From: a bacterium
GTDB taxonomy: Bacteria; Patescibacteriota; JABMPQ01; JAUVWW01
NCBI GenBank assembly: GCA_030603885.1
Contig: JAUVWW010000001.1
Location: forward strand, 2,680 to 66,679
Direction of reading: 5' to 3'
DNA length: 64,000 bases
Shown piece by piece: positions 9,449 to 19,581 of this stretch (position 1 is the first letter of the stretch; every line of letters starts with the position of its first letter). Both the position numbers and the translations under genes were made by a program. The notes below the pieces were generated by a model. It was given only the letters and a program-made list of their open reading frames with translations, did no database searches and had not been told where the DNA came from.

Positions 9449-9450
9449 TT

Positions 9451-9927
9451 ATGATAAGGAAGACCAAAGAAATTGACAAACTCCAAAAACAGCTTAAACA
9501 AGCCAAAAAACAAGCTCAAAAACATCTAGAGGGCTGGAAGCGAGCTCAAGCAGATTTTATAAATTATAAAAAACAACAAGAGAAAAGACTAAGAGAGCTT
9601 ATAGAATATGCTAATGAAGGTTTGATTTTAGAGATTTTACCTATTGTGGAAGGATTTGAGCGAGCTATTCAAGAAGCCCCGGAGCAAGAAGATTCAGTTT
9701 GGCTTGAAGGGGTGAAGAAAATTAAACAAAGCCTGGATGGACTTCTTAGAGAAAAAGGCCTGGAGAGAATAGAGACTAAAGGTATATTCAATCACGAACT
9801 ACACGAAGCAGTAGAACGCGAAGCAATAAAGAAGCTTAAGCCAGGAACAATTATTAAAGAATTAGCTCCAGGATATAAACTGGGTAGAAGAGTGATTCGG
9901 CCGGCCAAGGTGAAGGTAGCTAAATAA
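9451..9927 (+). CDS. grpE: Nucleotide exchange factor GrpE
   Basis: RAQADFINYKK, HEAV, GY...RVIRPAKVKV. Confidence 0.95.
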   Translation: MIRKTKEIDKLQKQLKQAKKQAQKHLEGWKRAQADFINYKKQQEKRLRELIEYANEGLILEILPIVEGFERAIQEAPEQEDSVWLEGVKKIKQSLDGLLREKGLERIETKGIFNHELHEAVEREAIKKLKPGTIIKELAPGYKLGRRVIRPAKVKVAK

Positions 9928-10017
9928 GGAAGGTTTCGGCATACCACTCGGCCTTAAATATACGAGATAAATAGTCTTAAGACTTAGGTCGGCAAAACAA
10001 TTTAACAATATAACAAT

Positions 10018-11889
10018 ATGCCAAAAATATTAGGAATTGATCTTGGAACATCAAATTCTGCTTGTTCTGTTATGGAGGCAGGAAAGCCGGTTATCATTCC
10101 TTCTGCAGAAGGAACTACTGTGGGAGGAAAGGCTTTTCCATCTTATGTAGCCTTCACTAAAGAAGGTGAACTTTTAGTTGGAGAACCTGCCAGAAGGCAA
10201 GCTGTCACTAATCCTGAAGGGACTGTCACTGCTTTTAAAAGAAAAATGGGAACTGACTGGAAGGTAACTCTTCATAGCAAAGAATATACCCCTCAACAGC
10301 TTTCTGCTTTTGTATTACAGAAGATTAAAAAAGACGCTGAGGCTTATCTTGGAGAAAGAATAGAGCAAGTAGTCATCACTTGTCCGGCTTACTTTAATGA
10401 TGCTCAAAGACAGGCAACAAAAGATGCTGGCGCTATTGCTGGTCTAAAAGTAGCCCGAATTATTAATGAGCCAACGGCAGCTGCTTTTGCTTATGGAATA
10501 GATAAAGAAGAAAAAGCTCAGAAGATTTTGGTTTTTGATTTTGGAGCAGGAACTTTGGATGTAACCATAATGGATTTTGGGACCGAGAAAGGCCAAGCTA
10601 CTTTTGAGGTTATTTCAACTTCAGGAGATACTGAGCTTGGTGGAAATGATATGGATGAAGCTTTAATTAATTATATCGCTGAAGAATTCAAAAAAGAGTA
10701 TAGAATTGATCTAAGGAAAGATAAAATGGCCCTACAAAGGCTAAAAGAGGCCGCAGAAAAAGCAAAGATCGAGCTTTCCTCAGGTCTTGAGACAGAGATT
10801 AATCAACCCTTTATTACCGCAGACAAGACCGGTCCAAAGCATCTGACCATGAAGATAACCCGGGCTAAGCTTGAGGAGTTAGTTAAACCCATTATTGAGA
10901 AATGTAGAGGACCTTTAGAGAAGGCTATCGAGGATGCTAAACTTTCACCACAGAACATTGATAAGATTATCTTAGTTGGTGGTCCAACTAGGATGCCCTC
11001 GGTTCAAAAATTCATAGAAGATTATCTGGGTAAAAAAGTAGAGCGTGGTGTTGATCCTATGGAATGTGTTGCTTCAGGCGCTGCTATTCAAGGAGCCATC
11101 CTTGGTGGTGAGATAAAGAAAGAGATTTTACTTTTAGATGTGACTCCTTTAACTTTAGGAGTAGAAACTCTTGGCCAAGTAATGACTTCTTTGATTTCTC
11201 GTAACACTACTATTCCTACTTCAAAAACTCAGATTTTCTCTACAGCAGCTGATAATCAGCCTCAGGTAGAGATTCATGTGTTGCAAGGTGAACGTCCTAT
11301 GGCTCCTGATAATAGGACGCTAGGTAGATTTGTTCTGGATGGCCTCCCTCCAGCACCTCGTGGAGTTCCTCAAATTGAAGTAACTTTTGATATTGATGCC
11401 AATGGAATTTTAAAGGTGACTGCCAAAGATAAAGCTACAAATAAATCTCAACACATTACCATTAAAGATTCTTCTGCTTTACCCAAAGAAGAGATTGAAA
11501 AGATGAAAAAAGAGGCAGAGCAGTATGCTGAAGCTGATAGAAAGAAGAAAGATCTGATTGATGAAAGAAACAAAACAGATGCCTTGATTTATACTACAGA
11601 GAAGACTCTGAAAGAGGCTAAAGATAAAGTAAAGCCCGAGGACAAGAAAGACATTGAGGCAAAAGTAGAAGCCTTGAGGAAAGTAAAAGATAAAGATGAT
11701 CTTGAGGCTATCAAAAAAGCAATGTCTGAGCTTTCTGATTCTATTCAGAAAGTGGGAGCAGCTATGTATGGGAGACCAGGACCACAACCAGGTGTTCAGC
11801 CAGGACAACCAGGTCCTCAACCTCCTAAAGGCACAGTAGAAGGCCAAGCAGAGGAGGTAAAGGATGAGGAAAAGAAAGAAGACAAATAA
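10018..11889 (+). CDS. dnaK: Chaperone DnaK
   Basis: [39 protein letters not shown]. Confidence 0.98.
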   Translation: MPKILGIDLGTSNSACSVMEAGKPVIIPSAEGTTVGGKAFPSYVAFTKEGELLVGEPARRQAVTNPEGTVTAFKRKMGTDWKVTLHSKEYTPQQLSAFVLQKIKKDAEAYLGERIEQVVITCPAYFNDAQRQATKDAGAIAGLKVARIINEPTAAAFAYGIDKEEKAQKILVFDFGAGTLDVTIMDFGTEKGQATFEVISTSGDTELGGNDMDEALINYIAEEFKKEYRIDLRKDKMALQRLKEAAEKAKIELSSGLETEINQPFITADKTGPKHLTMKITRAKLEELVKPIIEKCRGPLEKAIEDAKLSPQNIDKIILVGGPTRMPSVQKFIEDYLGKKVERGVDPMECVASGAAIQGAILGGEIKKEILLLDVTPLTLGVETLGQVMTSLISRNTTIPTSKTQIFSTAADNQPQVEIHVLQGERPMAPDNRTLGRFVLDGLPPAPRGVPQIEVTFDIDANGILKVTAKDKATNKSQHITIKDSSALPKEEIEKMKKEAEQYAEADRKKKDLIDERNKTDALIYTTEKTLKEAKDKVKPEDKKDIEAKVEALRKVKDKDDLEAIKKAMSELSDSIQKVGAAMYGRPGPQPGVQPGQPGPQPPKGTVEGQAEEVKDEEKKEDK

Positions 11890-11895
11890 TAATTA

Positions 11896-11956
11896 AACAT
11901 ACTAATATTCAAACATGCTAACATACTAACAAATGTTAGAATGTTGAATTGTTAGA
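11896..11956. repeat. Mirrored octamer array
   Basis: AACATACT AATATTCA AACATGCT AACATACT then ATGTTAGA ATGTTGAA TTGTTAGA. Confidence 0.75.
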
Positions 11957-11967
11957 ATGAAAAATCT

Positions 11968-13014
11968 ATGTCTCCAAAAACCATCAAATCCATCATCTTT
12001 GGCGTCTTGACTTTGGGCGCTTGTTTGCTCTTTTGGTACTTTCTCCATGCTCTTTTTTATGCCGAATCTTCTATCCTTAATAATCTAATCTGGACGCTTC
12101 TGTTCTTTTTTATCTTTGTTGTGTTATCTGGTTTAACTTGTTTTTTAATAGATTCGAAAGCTATTGCCTTTCCACTTCTTACACTTTGTACTTTGTCTTT
12201 TTTCCTATTCTTTGGTTTCAAGATAGGCTATCTTATTGGTATTATTCTTTTCCTCATTGCTCTCTTTGCTGGTTATCTTAGTATTAATAGTGAAAAGAGA
12301 GTAAGAATACGTGTTTCTTTAAGGAAAAGTCTTGGCTATGGTCTTCCTCTTGTTTTGACCTTCTCTATCATCATGATCTGTATAGCCTATTATTTTGCTC
12401 CAGCCATTCAGGCTCAGGCAAGAGAAATAACTATTCCTAAACAGATGTTTGATGCTGCTGTGGCTCCGGCAGAAGGTGTGATCTCTGGTCTTGTTCCTGG
12501 ATTTAAAAAAAGTATGACAGTGGACGAGTTTACCTTTTTAATGACACTCTCTACTTTAGAGAAACAGGAAGAATTTGAACTTCCTCCTGAAGCTATAGAA
12601 TTCTTAAAAGAAGAAGGTGTAGATATAGCCTCTAAACAAGAAGTGTTTGAAGCCATCAGAGAAAATCCAAAAGTGAAAGAGAAATTTATGGAAATATTCA
12701 AAGAACAAGAAGGAAAAGAAGAAGGTGGTCAGGGATTGTTTGAGGGATTGGGGATAGAAGTTAAAGGAGACGAGCCATTCTTAGATGCCATATACAAAGC
12801 AGCTAATCAAAAACTAAACGAAGTTCTAGGCCCTTATAGAAAATATATTCCTCTAGCCGCTAGCGTTAGTCTATTTTTTATCTTAAGAATTCTAATGATT
12901 CCTTTTGATTGGTTGGTGATGTCATTTGCTTGGCTATTGTTTGCTTTATTGAAAGCAGTTAAAGTAGTGAGGATTGAGAAAGTGCAGAAGGAAGTGGAAA
13001 CCATTGCCATGTAA
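11968..13014 (+). CDS. Multi-pass membrane protein of unknown function
   Basis: About five N-terminal TM helices, soluble acidic domain, C-terminal TM. Confidence 0.75.
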   Translation: MSPKTIKSIIFGVLTLGACLLFWYFLHALFYAESSILNNLIWTLLFFFIFVVLSGLTCFLIDSKAIAFPLLTLCTLSFFLFFGFKIGYLIGIILFLIALFAGYLSINSEKRVRIRVSLRKSLGYGLPLVLTFSIIMICIAYYFAPAIQAQAREITIPKQMFDAAVAPAEGVISGLVPGFKKSMTVDEFTFLMTLSTLEKQEEFELPPEAIEFLKEEGVDIASKQEVFEAIRENPKVKEKFMEIFKEQEGKEEGGQGLFEGLGIEVKGDEPFLDAIYKAANQKLNEVLGPYRKYIPLAASVSLFFILRILMIPFDWLVMSFAWLLFALLKAVKVVRIEKVQKEVETIAM

Positions 13015-13082
13015 AATAGTCCTTGTGATAAGCTTAGAGTAAATATAAAAATAAAATAATTTGATCAATATTTTTATTTTAT

Positions 13083-14261
13083 ATGAAAGATTACTACCAA
13101 ATTCTTGGTCTCTCTCGTGATACCTCAGATGCTGAAATCAAAAGAGCCTTTAGAAAGCTAGCTCACAAATATCATCCAGACACCAAAGGTGGAGGAGATG
13201 AAGCCAAGTTTAAAGAAGTAAATGAGGCCTATCAGGTTCTTTCTGATTCAGAAAAAAAAGCCAAGTATGATCAGTTTGGAACTACTTTTGAGCAAGGTGG
13301 ATATCAACCCTGGGGCTGGGAGGATTTTTCTCAAGCTTACGGATCAAGACAAGCCAGAGTTGATTTTTCAGACTTTCTCAGAGGATTTTCCGCCCAAGGC
13401 GGACCAGCCGCAGGCTGGGGGGGATTTGAGGATATTTTTTCTGAGATATTTGGTACAAGGCCACGCAGGGCTAGATATGGTCCTACACCCGGTGAGGACA
13501 TTAACATAAATATTGATATTCCTTTTGAGGAGGCTGTTTTTGGTACCAAAAGAGAAATAGAGTTTTATAAAAGAGTAAGATGTCCAAAGTGTAATGGAAA
13601 AGGGTATGAGTCTGGCACAAAAATTATTAACTGTTCTACCTGTGGAGGATCTGGGCAGATAACTTCTACTAAACAATCTATGCTTGGCTCATTTACTCAG
13701 ATTACTGTTTGTCCTAGTTGTAAAGGAGAAGGAAAAAGGTCAGAGAAGCCATGTCCTCAGTGCGGAGGAGATGGGAGAGTGAAAGAATACAAAAAAGTCA
13801 GGATAACCATTCCAGCTGGTATAGATTCAGGACAAACTATTAGGATCTTGGGTCAGGGAGAAGCAGGCCTAAAAGGAGGCCCCTTTGGTGATTTGTATAT
13901 CCAAGTTAGAGTTGGCCCTCATAAGTACTTTAAGCGAGAAGGATATAATCTGAAAGTTAACCTACCCATCAGCTTTACCCAGGCAGCTTTAGGCGATAAG
14001 GTAGAAATTGAGACTTTGGATGGAAAAAGAGTACAGCTTGACCTTCTTCCCGGAACACAGTCGGGGAAAGTATTTAAAATAAAAGGCAAAGGAGTTCCTC
14101 ACCTACAAGGATCTGGCAAGGGGGATTTGCTAGTCAAAATAAAAGTAGTTACTCCTGAAAGGCTTTTGAGAGGAGAAAGGCAGCTCTTTCAGGAATTATC
14201 TGAAATAAAAGGTCAATCTGCCCAGATTAGAAAAGGGTTATTAGGGAAGATTCTTAGATGA
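13083..14261 (+). CDS. dnaJ: Chaperone DnaJ
   Basis: HPD J-domain, G/F region, four CxxCxGxG repeats. Confidence 0.97.
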   Translation: MKDYYQILGLSRDTSDAEIKRAFRKLAHKYHPDTKGGGDEAKFKEVNEAYQVLSDSEKKAKYDQFGTTFEQGGYQPWGWEDFSQAYGSRQARVDFSDFLRGFSAQGGPAAGWGGFEDIFSEIFGTRPRRARYGPTPGEDININIDIPFEEAVFGTKREIEFYKRVRCPKCNGKGYESGTKIINCSTCGGSGQITSTKQSMLGSFTQITVCPSCKGEGKRSEKPCPQCGGDGRVKEYKKVRITIPAGIDSGQTIRILGQGEAGLKGGPFGDLYIQVRVGPHKYFKREGYNLKVNLPISFTQAALGDKVEIETLDGKRVQLDLLPGTQSGKVFKIKGKGVPHLQGSGKGDLLVKIKVVTPERLLRGERQLFQELSEIKGQSAQIRKGLLGKILR

Positions 14262-14427
14262 AAATAGACTTATCCACACCTTGCCTTGAATTTGATTAAT
14301 AAATTTGCTATTATGAGTGTAGCGAATAACAAGGTTCTGAGGAGCGAAGCGACGAATGGTTCTTATAATATAAAAGACAAAAGCACATAATATATTCGCG
14401 AAAAACTCGCGAAATAAAACAAAATTT

Positions 14428-14955
14428 ATGGAAACACCACTATTAAGCCAAGTTAGTTGGTCAGTTCCCACTTGGGATCTTTTCATTCTTATTTTCTTTG
14501 TTGTCTTTGTGGTTTTATTTGGCTTGACTTTGGGAAGATCTAGGATTTTGACTGCATTACTTTCTACTTATATTGGCTGGGCAGTAGTCTCTAATTTACC
14601 TTATCTTACTGAGGAAACATCCCAGAAATTTAATCTAGGACCAGTTTTTGTGCTAAAACTAGTAGTATTTGGAGCAGTCCTTGTGATTTCATTTTTCTTT
14701 CTTATAAGAGCTGGGATTTTGCCGGAAGGAGGAGAAGGAGTAAGTCATCTTCCTCATATATTTCTCTTCAGTGTTTTTCAGGCAGGACTTTTGATTAGCA
14801 TAGTTCTTTCTTTTTTACCTCCTTCTACAGCAAATTCTTTAGCCGGTATCACTCGAACTTTCTTTGTCTCTGACATAGCTAGATTTCTTTGGATTCTAGC
14901 TCCAATAGTGGGTATGTTTTTGGTAAAAAAAGAAAGCGAATCAAATAAAAGGTAA
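14428..14955 (+). CDS. Membrane protein of unknown function (CvpA-like topology possible)
   Basis: Four to five TM helices; promoter-like TTGAAT-17-TATTAT at 14286-14314. Confidence 0.7.
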   Translation: METPLLSQVSWSVPTWDLFILIFFVVFVVLFGLTLGRSRILTALLSTYIGWAVVSNLPYLTEETSQKFNLGPVFVLKLVVFGAVLVISFFFLIRAGILPEGGEGVSHLPHIFLFSVFQAGLLISIVLSFLPPSTANSLAGITRTFFVSDIARFLWILAPIVGMFLVKKESESNKR

Positions 14956-14998
14956 GATTGTGGGATAGTTTTCGCTGGCTAACCATAAACTATAGACT

Positions 14999-15028
14999 AA
15001 AATATGGCTGAAAAAAGCCATATTTTTT
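14999..15028. terminator. Bidirectional hairpin terminator between convergent membrane gene and tRNA
   Basis: AAAATATGGCT / AGCCATATTTT inverted repeat with A/T flanks. Confidence 0.6.
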
Positions 15029-15037
15029 AATAAAAAA

Positions 15038-15108
15038 TGGGTCCATAGGGAATCGAACCCTAGTAGCTAGCTTAAAAGGCTAGTGTTCTACCATTGAACT
15101 ATAGACCC
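15038..15108 (-). tRNA. tRNA-Lys (anticodon TTT), CCA not encoded
   Basis: Reverse complement folds: GGGTCTA/TGGACCC acceptor, GTTC/GAAC D stem, CTAGC-CTTTTAA-GCTAG anticodon arm, TAGGG-TTCGATT-CCCTA T arm, discriminator A. Confidence 0.92.
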
Positions 15109-15194
15109 AAATAATCTTTATTCTTTATCTATAATATAATATTTTTTAAAAATAAACAAGGACAGTCCTTTAAATTTGTGATAAAATAAAATAT

Positions 15195-15494
15195 ATGCGT
15201 ATATACTTTAAAAAAAGATTTAAACAGATTCCGAGGGTACTACTTAGAGAGTGCGGCTATAAACCTTGGCGCGATCAAAAGGGTAGAGAGACTTATATTA
15301 AGAGATTGACCAAAGATTTCTATCCTAGATTTCATATTATCTATGCTAAAGATAACCAAGGCAGACCTATTTTAGATTTACATTTAGATTATAAAAGGCC
15401 AATTCATGCTCGAGTAGCTAGAACATATGAAACCGAGAGTGAAGTAGTGAAAAGGGAAGCAGAAAGAATAAAACAGATTTTGGGAATGTATTAG
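15195..15494 (+). CDS. Hypothetical basic protein
   Basis: 99 aa ORF with upstream TG-n-TAAAAT; FYPRFHI...LHLD segment. Confidence 0.7.
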   Translation: MRIYFKKRFKQIPRVLLRECGYKPWRDQKGRETYIKRLTKDFYPRFHIIYAKDNQGRPILDLHLDYKRPIHARVARTYETESEVVKREAERIKQILGMY

Positions 15495-15560
15495 GAAAAG
15501 TCTTGTGAAAAAAGCAAAAATAGGCTATAGTAGAGGAGTAATATTCACATTTTAATTCAC

Positions 15561-17357
15561 ATGACTCATCTCTATCGAACTCACACCTGTGGTGAGCTAA
15601 CTACAAAACAAACAGGGAAAAGAGTAAAACTTTCTGGCTGGGTACATTCAAGAAGAGATCATGGCGGGCTTATTTTTTTAGATTTGAGAGATAGATACGG
15701 AATTACCCAGGTTACTTTTAATCCCAAAATTTCAAAAGAAGCCTGGAAAACAGCCGATCAAGTACGCTCTGAATATGTAGTAACTGTTGAAGGTAAAGTT
15801 ACAAGACGTCCTAAGGATATGATTAATCCTAAGCTAGCTACTGGGGAAATAGAAGTGATGGCAGATAGAATAGAAATATTAAGTAAAGCAAAAACTCCTC
15901 CCTTTGAGATTACCTGTCCTTCTAAAGGAGATAAAGAAAAAGAAATTTCTGAAGATGTCCGGCTAAAGTGGAGATATTTGGATCTACGCCAGGAGCGGAT
16001 AAAAGACAATATCCTCTTGAGAGATAAGATAATAAAGTTCATTCGAGATTTCTTGACTCAACGAGATTTTGTTGAGATTGAGACTCCTATTTTAGGAAAA
16101 TCTACTCCTGAAGGAGCTAGAGATTACTTAGTACCATCAAGACTATATTGGGGTAAATTTTATTCCTTGCCCCAGTCTCCTCAACAGTATAAGCAGCTTC
16201 TTATGGTAGCTGGATTTGATAAATATTTTCAGATTGCAAGATGTTTTAGGGATGAAGATACTCGTGCTGATCGTCAGCCAGAGTTTACCCAGCTTGATTT
16301 AGAGATGTCTTTTGTCACTCAAAAAGAAATTTTAGATTTGTGTGAGGAATTGTTTACTCAAGCAATAGAGAAACTGACTGATAAAAAAATATTAAAAAAG
16401 CCATGGCCCAGATTGAAGTATAAAGAATGTATAGAAAAGTATGGAATAGATAAGCCAGACTTAAGGTTTGGCATGGAACTGGTTGATGTCACAGAAATTG
16501 TAAAAGGTTCGAAATTTAAGGTTTTTCAAGACGCTATCAAAAATAAAGGAGTAATAAAAGGCTTAGTAGCTCCAGGTTGTGCTGAGTATAGTCGTAAACA
16601 ATTAGATGAACTGGTAGAGTATACCAAGCAGTCTGGAGCTAAAGGATTAGCCTGGTTAGCCTTGAAGCATAAAAAAGTCGAATCTCCTATAGCAAAATTC
16701 TTTTCTGAGCACGAGATTAATGAGCTGGTTTCAGAAACGAGAGCAAAAGAGGGAGACTTATTACTCTTTGTAGCAGATAAACCAAAAATAGTCGCCCAGG
16801 CTCTAGGCGAGTTAAGGTCTTATTTAGGAGACAAGCTCAAACTTAAAGATCCTAATGTACTTGCCTGCTGTTTCATAATAGAATGGCCCTTATTTGAATG
16901 GAACGAAGAAGAAAAACGCTTAGATCCTTGCCATCACATCTTTACTGCTCCTAAAGAAGAAGATGTTCCTTTGTTAGATAAAGAGCCTTTGAAAGTTGGC
17001 TCTTGGCAACATGATTTGGTAATTAATGGCTGGGAGATTGGTGGTGGAAGCATCAGAATTCACGAAAGAAAACTACAAGAGAAGATTTTTGAACTTTTAG
17101 AATATTCTAAAAAAGAGATAGAAGCCAGATTTGGACATCTGCTTCGAGCTTTTGAACATGGCGCTCCACCTCATGGAGGCATTGCTCCAGGGATTGATCG
17201 GTTTTTAATGGTCTTACAAGGTGAGTTAAACATCAGAGAAGTAATAGCTTTTCCCAAAAACCAAGCAGCCCAGGATCTAATGATGGGTGCTCCGGCTGAA
17301 GTAGAGGAGAAACAGCTTAAGGAATTGGGAATAGAAGTAAAGGAGAAGGGAAAATAA
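15561..17357 (+). CDS. aspS: Aspartate-tRNA ligase (probably non-discriminating)
   Basis: YRTHTCG, RRDHGG, LPQSPQ, GAD insert, GAPPHGG. Confidence 0.97.
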   Translation: MTHLYRTHTCGELTTKQTGKRVKLSGWVHSRRDHGGLIFLDLRDRYGITQVTFNPKISKEAWKTADQVRSEYVVTVEGKVTRRPKDMINPKLATGEIEVMADRIEILSKAKTPPFEITCPSKGDKEKEISEDVRLKWRYLDLRQERIKDNILLRDKIIKFIRDFLTQRDFVEIETPILGKSTPEGARDYLVPSRLYWGKFYSLPQSPQQYKQLLMVAGFDKYFQIARCFRDEDTRADRQPEFTQLDLEMSFVTQKEILDLCEELFTQAIEKLTDKKILKKPWPRLKYKECIEKYGIDKPDLRFGMELVDVTEIVKGSKFKVFQDAIKNKGVIKGLVAPGCAEYSRKQLDELVEYTKQSGAKGLAWLALKHKKVESPIAKFFSEHEINELVSETRAKEGDLLLFVADKPKIVAQALGELRSYLGDKLKLKDPNVLACCFIIEWPLFEWNEEEKRLDPCHHIFTAPKEEDVPLLDKEPLKVGSWQHDLVINGWEIGGGSIRIHERKLQEKIFELLEYSKKEIEARFGHLLRAFEHGAPPHGGIAPGIDRFLMVLQGELNIREVIAFPKNQAAQDLMMGAPAEVEEKQLKELGIEVKEKGK

Positions 17358-17375
17358 ATTTTAATTACCTAACAA

Positions 17376-18098
17376 ATGGCTGAGGTTTATCAAGTAAAAC
17401 TTGAAAAATTTGAAGGTCCTTTGGACTTGCTTTTGCAATTGATCGAAAAAGAAAAGTTAGACATTACAGAGGTGTCTTTAACTAAAGTTTGTGATCAGTA
17501 TGTGAAATATTTAAAGCAAGTACAGGAGATTGATCCAGGAAGTTTAGCTGATTTTTTAGTCATAGCAGCAAGACTACTTTTGATTAAGTCTCGGGCTCTA
17601 CTTCCTGAGATAGAGATTTCAGATGAAGAAGAACTGTCTATAGAAGAGCTGCAGGAAAGACTAAGGGAATACAAGAGATTTAAGGATGTGGCTAAAAAAT
17701 TAAAAGTTTTGTATTTTAATCCCAATACTTCTTTTGAACAGAGATTCTTTTTAGAGGAAAAAAGAGCTTTCTTTCCTTCTGAGAACTTAACTTTAGAAAA
17801 TTTACTTACAGCCTACAAAGCTTTACTACAAATTCTAGAGCACCAAAAGCTAGCTACAGAATACATTCCAGAGACTATTTCTATCGAAGAAAAAATAGCT
17901 CAACTTGAGAACTTAATTTTAAAAAAAGTCAATCTGAGATTTCAAGAACTGATAAAACATTCTCAAACAAAACTGGAGGCTATTGTTACCTTTTTGGCTC
18001 TTTTGGAATTGGTTAAACAAAGAATAGTAAAAGTGAGGCAGAAGAAATTATTTGAGGATATTGTTTTAGAAAGAAACAAGATAGTTAATTATGACTAA
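17376..18098 (+). CDS. scpA: Segregation/condensation protein A
   Basis: FEGPLDLLL and VTFLALLELVK. Confidence 0.95.
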   Translation: MAEVYQVKLEKFEGPLDLLLQLIEKEKLDITEVSLTKVCDQYVKYLKQVQEIDPGSLADFLVIAARLLLIKSRALLPEIEISDEEELSIEELQERLREYKRFKDVAKKLKVLYFNPNTSFEQRFFLEEKRAFFPSENLTLENLLTAYKALLQILEHQKLATEYIPETISIEEKIAQLENLILKKVNLRFQELIKHSQTKLEAIVTFLALLELVKQRIVKVRQKKLFEDIVLERNKIVNYD

Positions 18099-18657
18099 AG
18101 ATATAAAGTCCATTCTTGAAAGCCTTATTTTTGTAGTTGGAAAGCCAATTAGCATTAAAAGATTGGCTAAAATTGCTAGTATTAGAGAGTCTGAGGTTGC
18201 CAATGTTTTAGATGAGCTTAGACAAGATTATCAGGGTCGAGGAATTAAAATTTTGGCTCGAGGTAATGCTGTTCAGTTGATTAGTATCCCAGAAAATAGT
18301 CAGTACGTTAAGAAATTACTAACTGAGGAACTTCAGGAAAATCTAACTCGGGCAGCCCTGGAAACTCTGGCTATCATTGCCTACAGGGGTCCAGTAACTC
18401 GTTCTCAGATAGAGCAAATCAGAGGAGTAAATAGTGTCTATATTTTGAGAAATCTCTTGATGCGAGGCCTAATTGATCGCGAGAGAAGTAAGAGAGATGC
18501 CAGGTTTTGGGAATACCAGCCCTCCTTTGATTTTTTAAGACATCTAGGTATAAAAGATATAAAGGAATTACCTGATTTTGAAGAATTACACAAAGAGGAG
18601 ATGCCAATTGAAAAGGCAGAAAAATTAACAGAAGAAAAGAAAGAGGAGTCTAGATAA
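18091..18657 (+). CDS. scpB: Segregation/condensation protein B
   Basis: AALETLAIIAY..PVTR..IEQIRGVNS. Confidence 0.95.
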   Translation: MTKDIKSILESLIFVVGKPISIKRLAKIASIRESEVANVLDELRQDYQGRGIKILARGNAVQLISIPENSQYVKKLLTEELQENLTRAALETLAIIAYRGPVTRSQIEQIRGVNSVYILRNLLMRGLIDRERSKRDARFWEYQPSFDFLRHLGIKDIKELPDFEELHKEEMPIEKAEKLTEEKKEESR

Positions 18658-19581
18658 ATGGAAAACCTTAATATAACAACTAAAATATGTGGCGTAAAAT
18701 TAAATAATCCAACTGTCTTAGCTTCTGGAATTTTAGGAGTCACAGCTAGCTCATTAATCAAAGTAGCAAAAAAGGGAGCAGGGGCAGTGACTACTAAATC
18801 TATTGGTTTAAAGGAAAGAAAGGGCTCAAGAGGCCCTATTCTTTTAGAATTTAGAGGTGGTTTGATTAATGCTGTTGGATTATCTAATCCAGGCATAGAA
18901 GAATCCTTAAAAGAAATTAATTTATTTAAATCGAAGAGTAAAATCCCAATCATTGCTAGTATTTTTGCTCCCACAAAAAAAGAATTTGGTCAAGTGGCAA
19001 AAAAAGTTTCTGAGGCCGGGCCAGATTTTATTGAAGTTAATATTTCTTGTCCTAATGTGGAGTCAGAATTTGGAAAACCTTTTGCCAAGGATATTAAACT
19101 AGCAGCCAAGGTGACAGAGGAAGTTAAGAAGAATACAAAGATTCCTGTTATTGTGAAATTGTCTCCCAATGTAGATGATATTAAATCTTTAGCTTTGGCA
19201 GTCGAGTCAGCTGGTGCTGATTGCATCTCGGCTATTAATACCGTTGGCCCAGGCATGATTATTGATATAAAAACAGCTAAGCCAGTCTTGTCTAATAAAG
19301 TAGGGGGAGTTTCTGGACCAGCCATAAAGCCGATAGCTGTTAGATGTATCTTTGATATCTACGAAGCAGTAAAAATTCCCATAATTGGTATAGGTGGAAT
19401 TTTAACAGGTCAGGATGCCATAGAAATGATAATGGCTGGCGCTTCAGCAATTGGAATAGGTTCGGCTGTTTATTATCGAGGGATTGATGTATTTAAAAAG
19501 ATTTGTCAGGAAATAAGGAAGTTTATGAAAGAAAATAATTATGAGAATCTGGAACAGATGATTGGTAAAGCCCATGGATAA
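18658..19581 (+). CDS. pyrD: Dihydroorotate dehydrogenase 1B catalytic subunit
   Basis: NAVGLSNPG, NISCPN, VKLSPN, GGVSG. Confidence 0.95.
   Translation: MENLNITTKICGVKLNNPTVLASGILGVTASSLIKVAKKGAGAVTTKSIGLKERKGSRGPILLEFRGGLINAVGLSNPGIEESLKEINLFKSKSKIPIIASIFAPTKKEFGQVAKKVSEAGPDFIEVNISCPNVESEFGKPFAKDIKLAAKVTEEVKKNTKIPVIVKLSPNVDDIKSLALAVESAGADCISAINTVGPGMIIDIKTAKPVLSNKVGGVSGPAIKPIAVRCIFDIYEAVKIPIIGIGGILTGQDAIEMIMAGASAIGIGSAVYYRGIDVFKKICQEIRKFMKENNYENLEQMIGKAHG

Noticed and set aside
11770-11830. GPQPG repeats at the DnaK C-terminus
   Set aside because: Ordinary low-complexity DnaK tail
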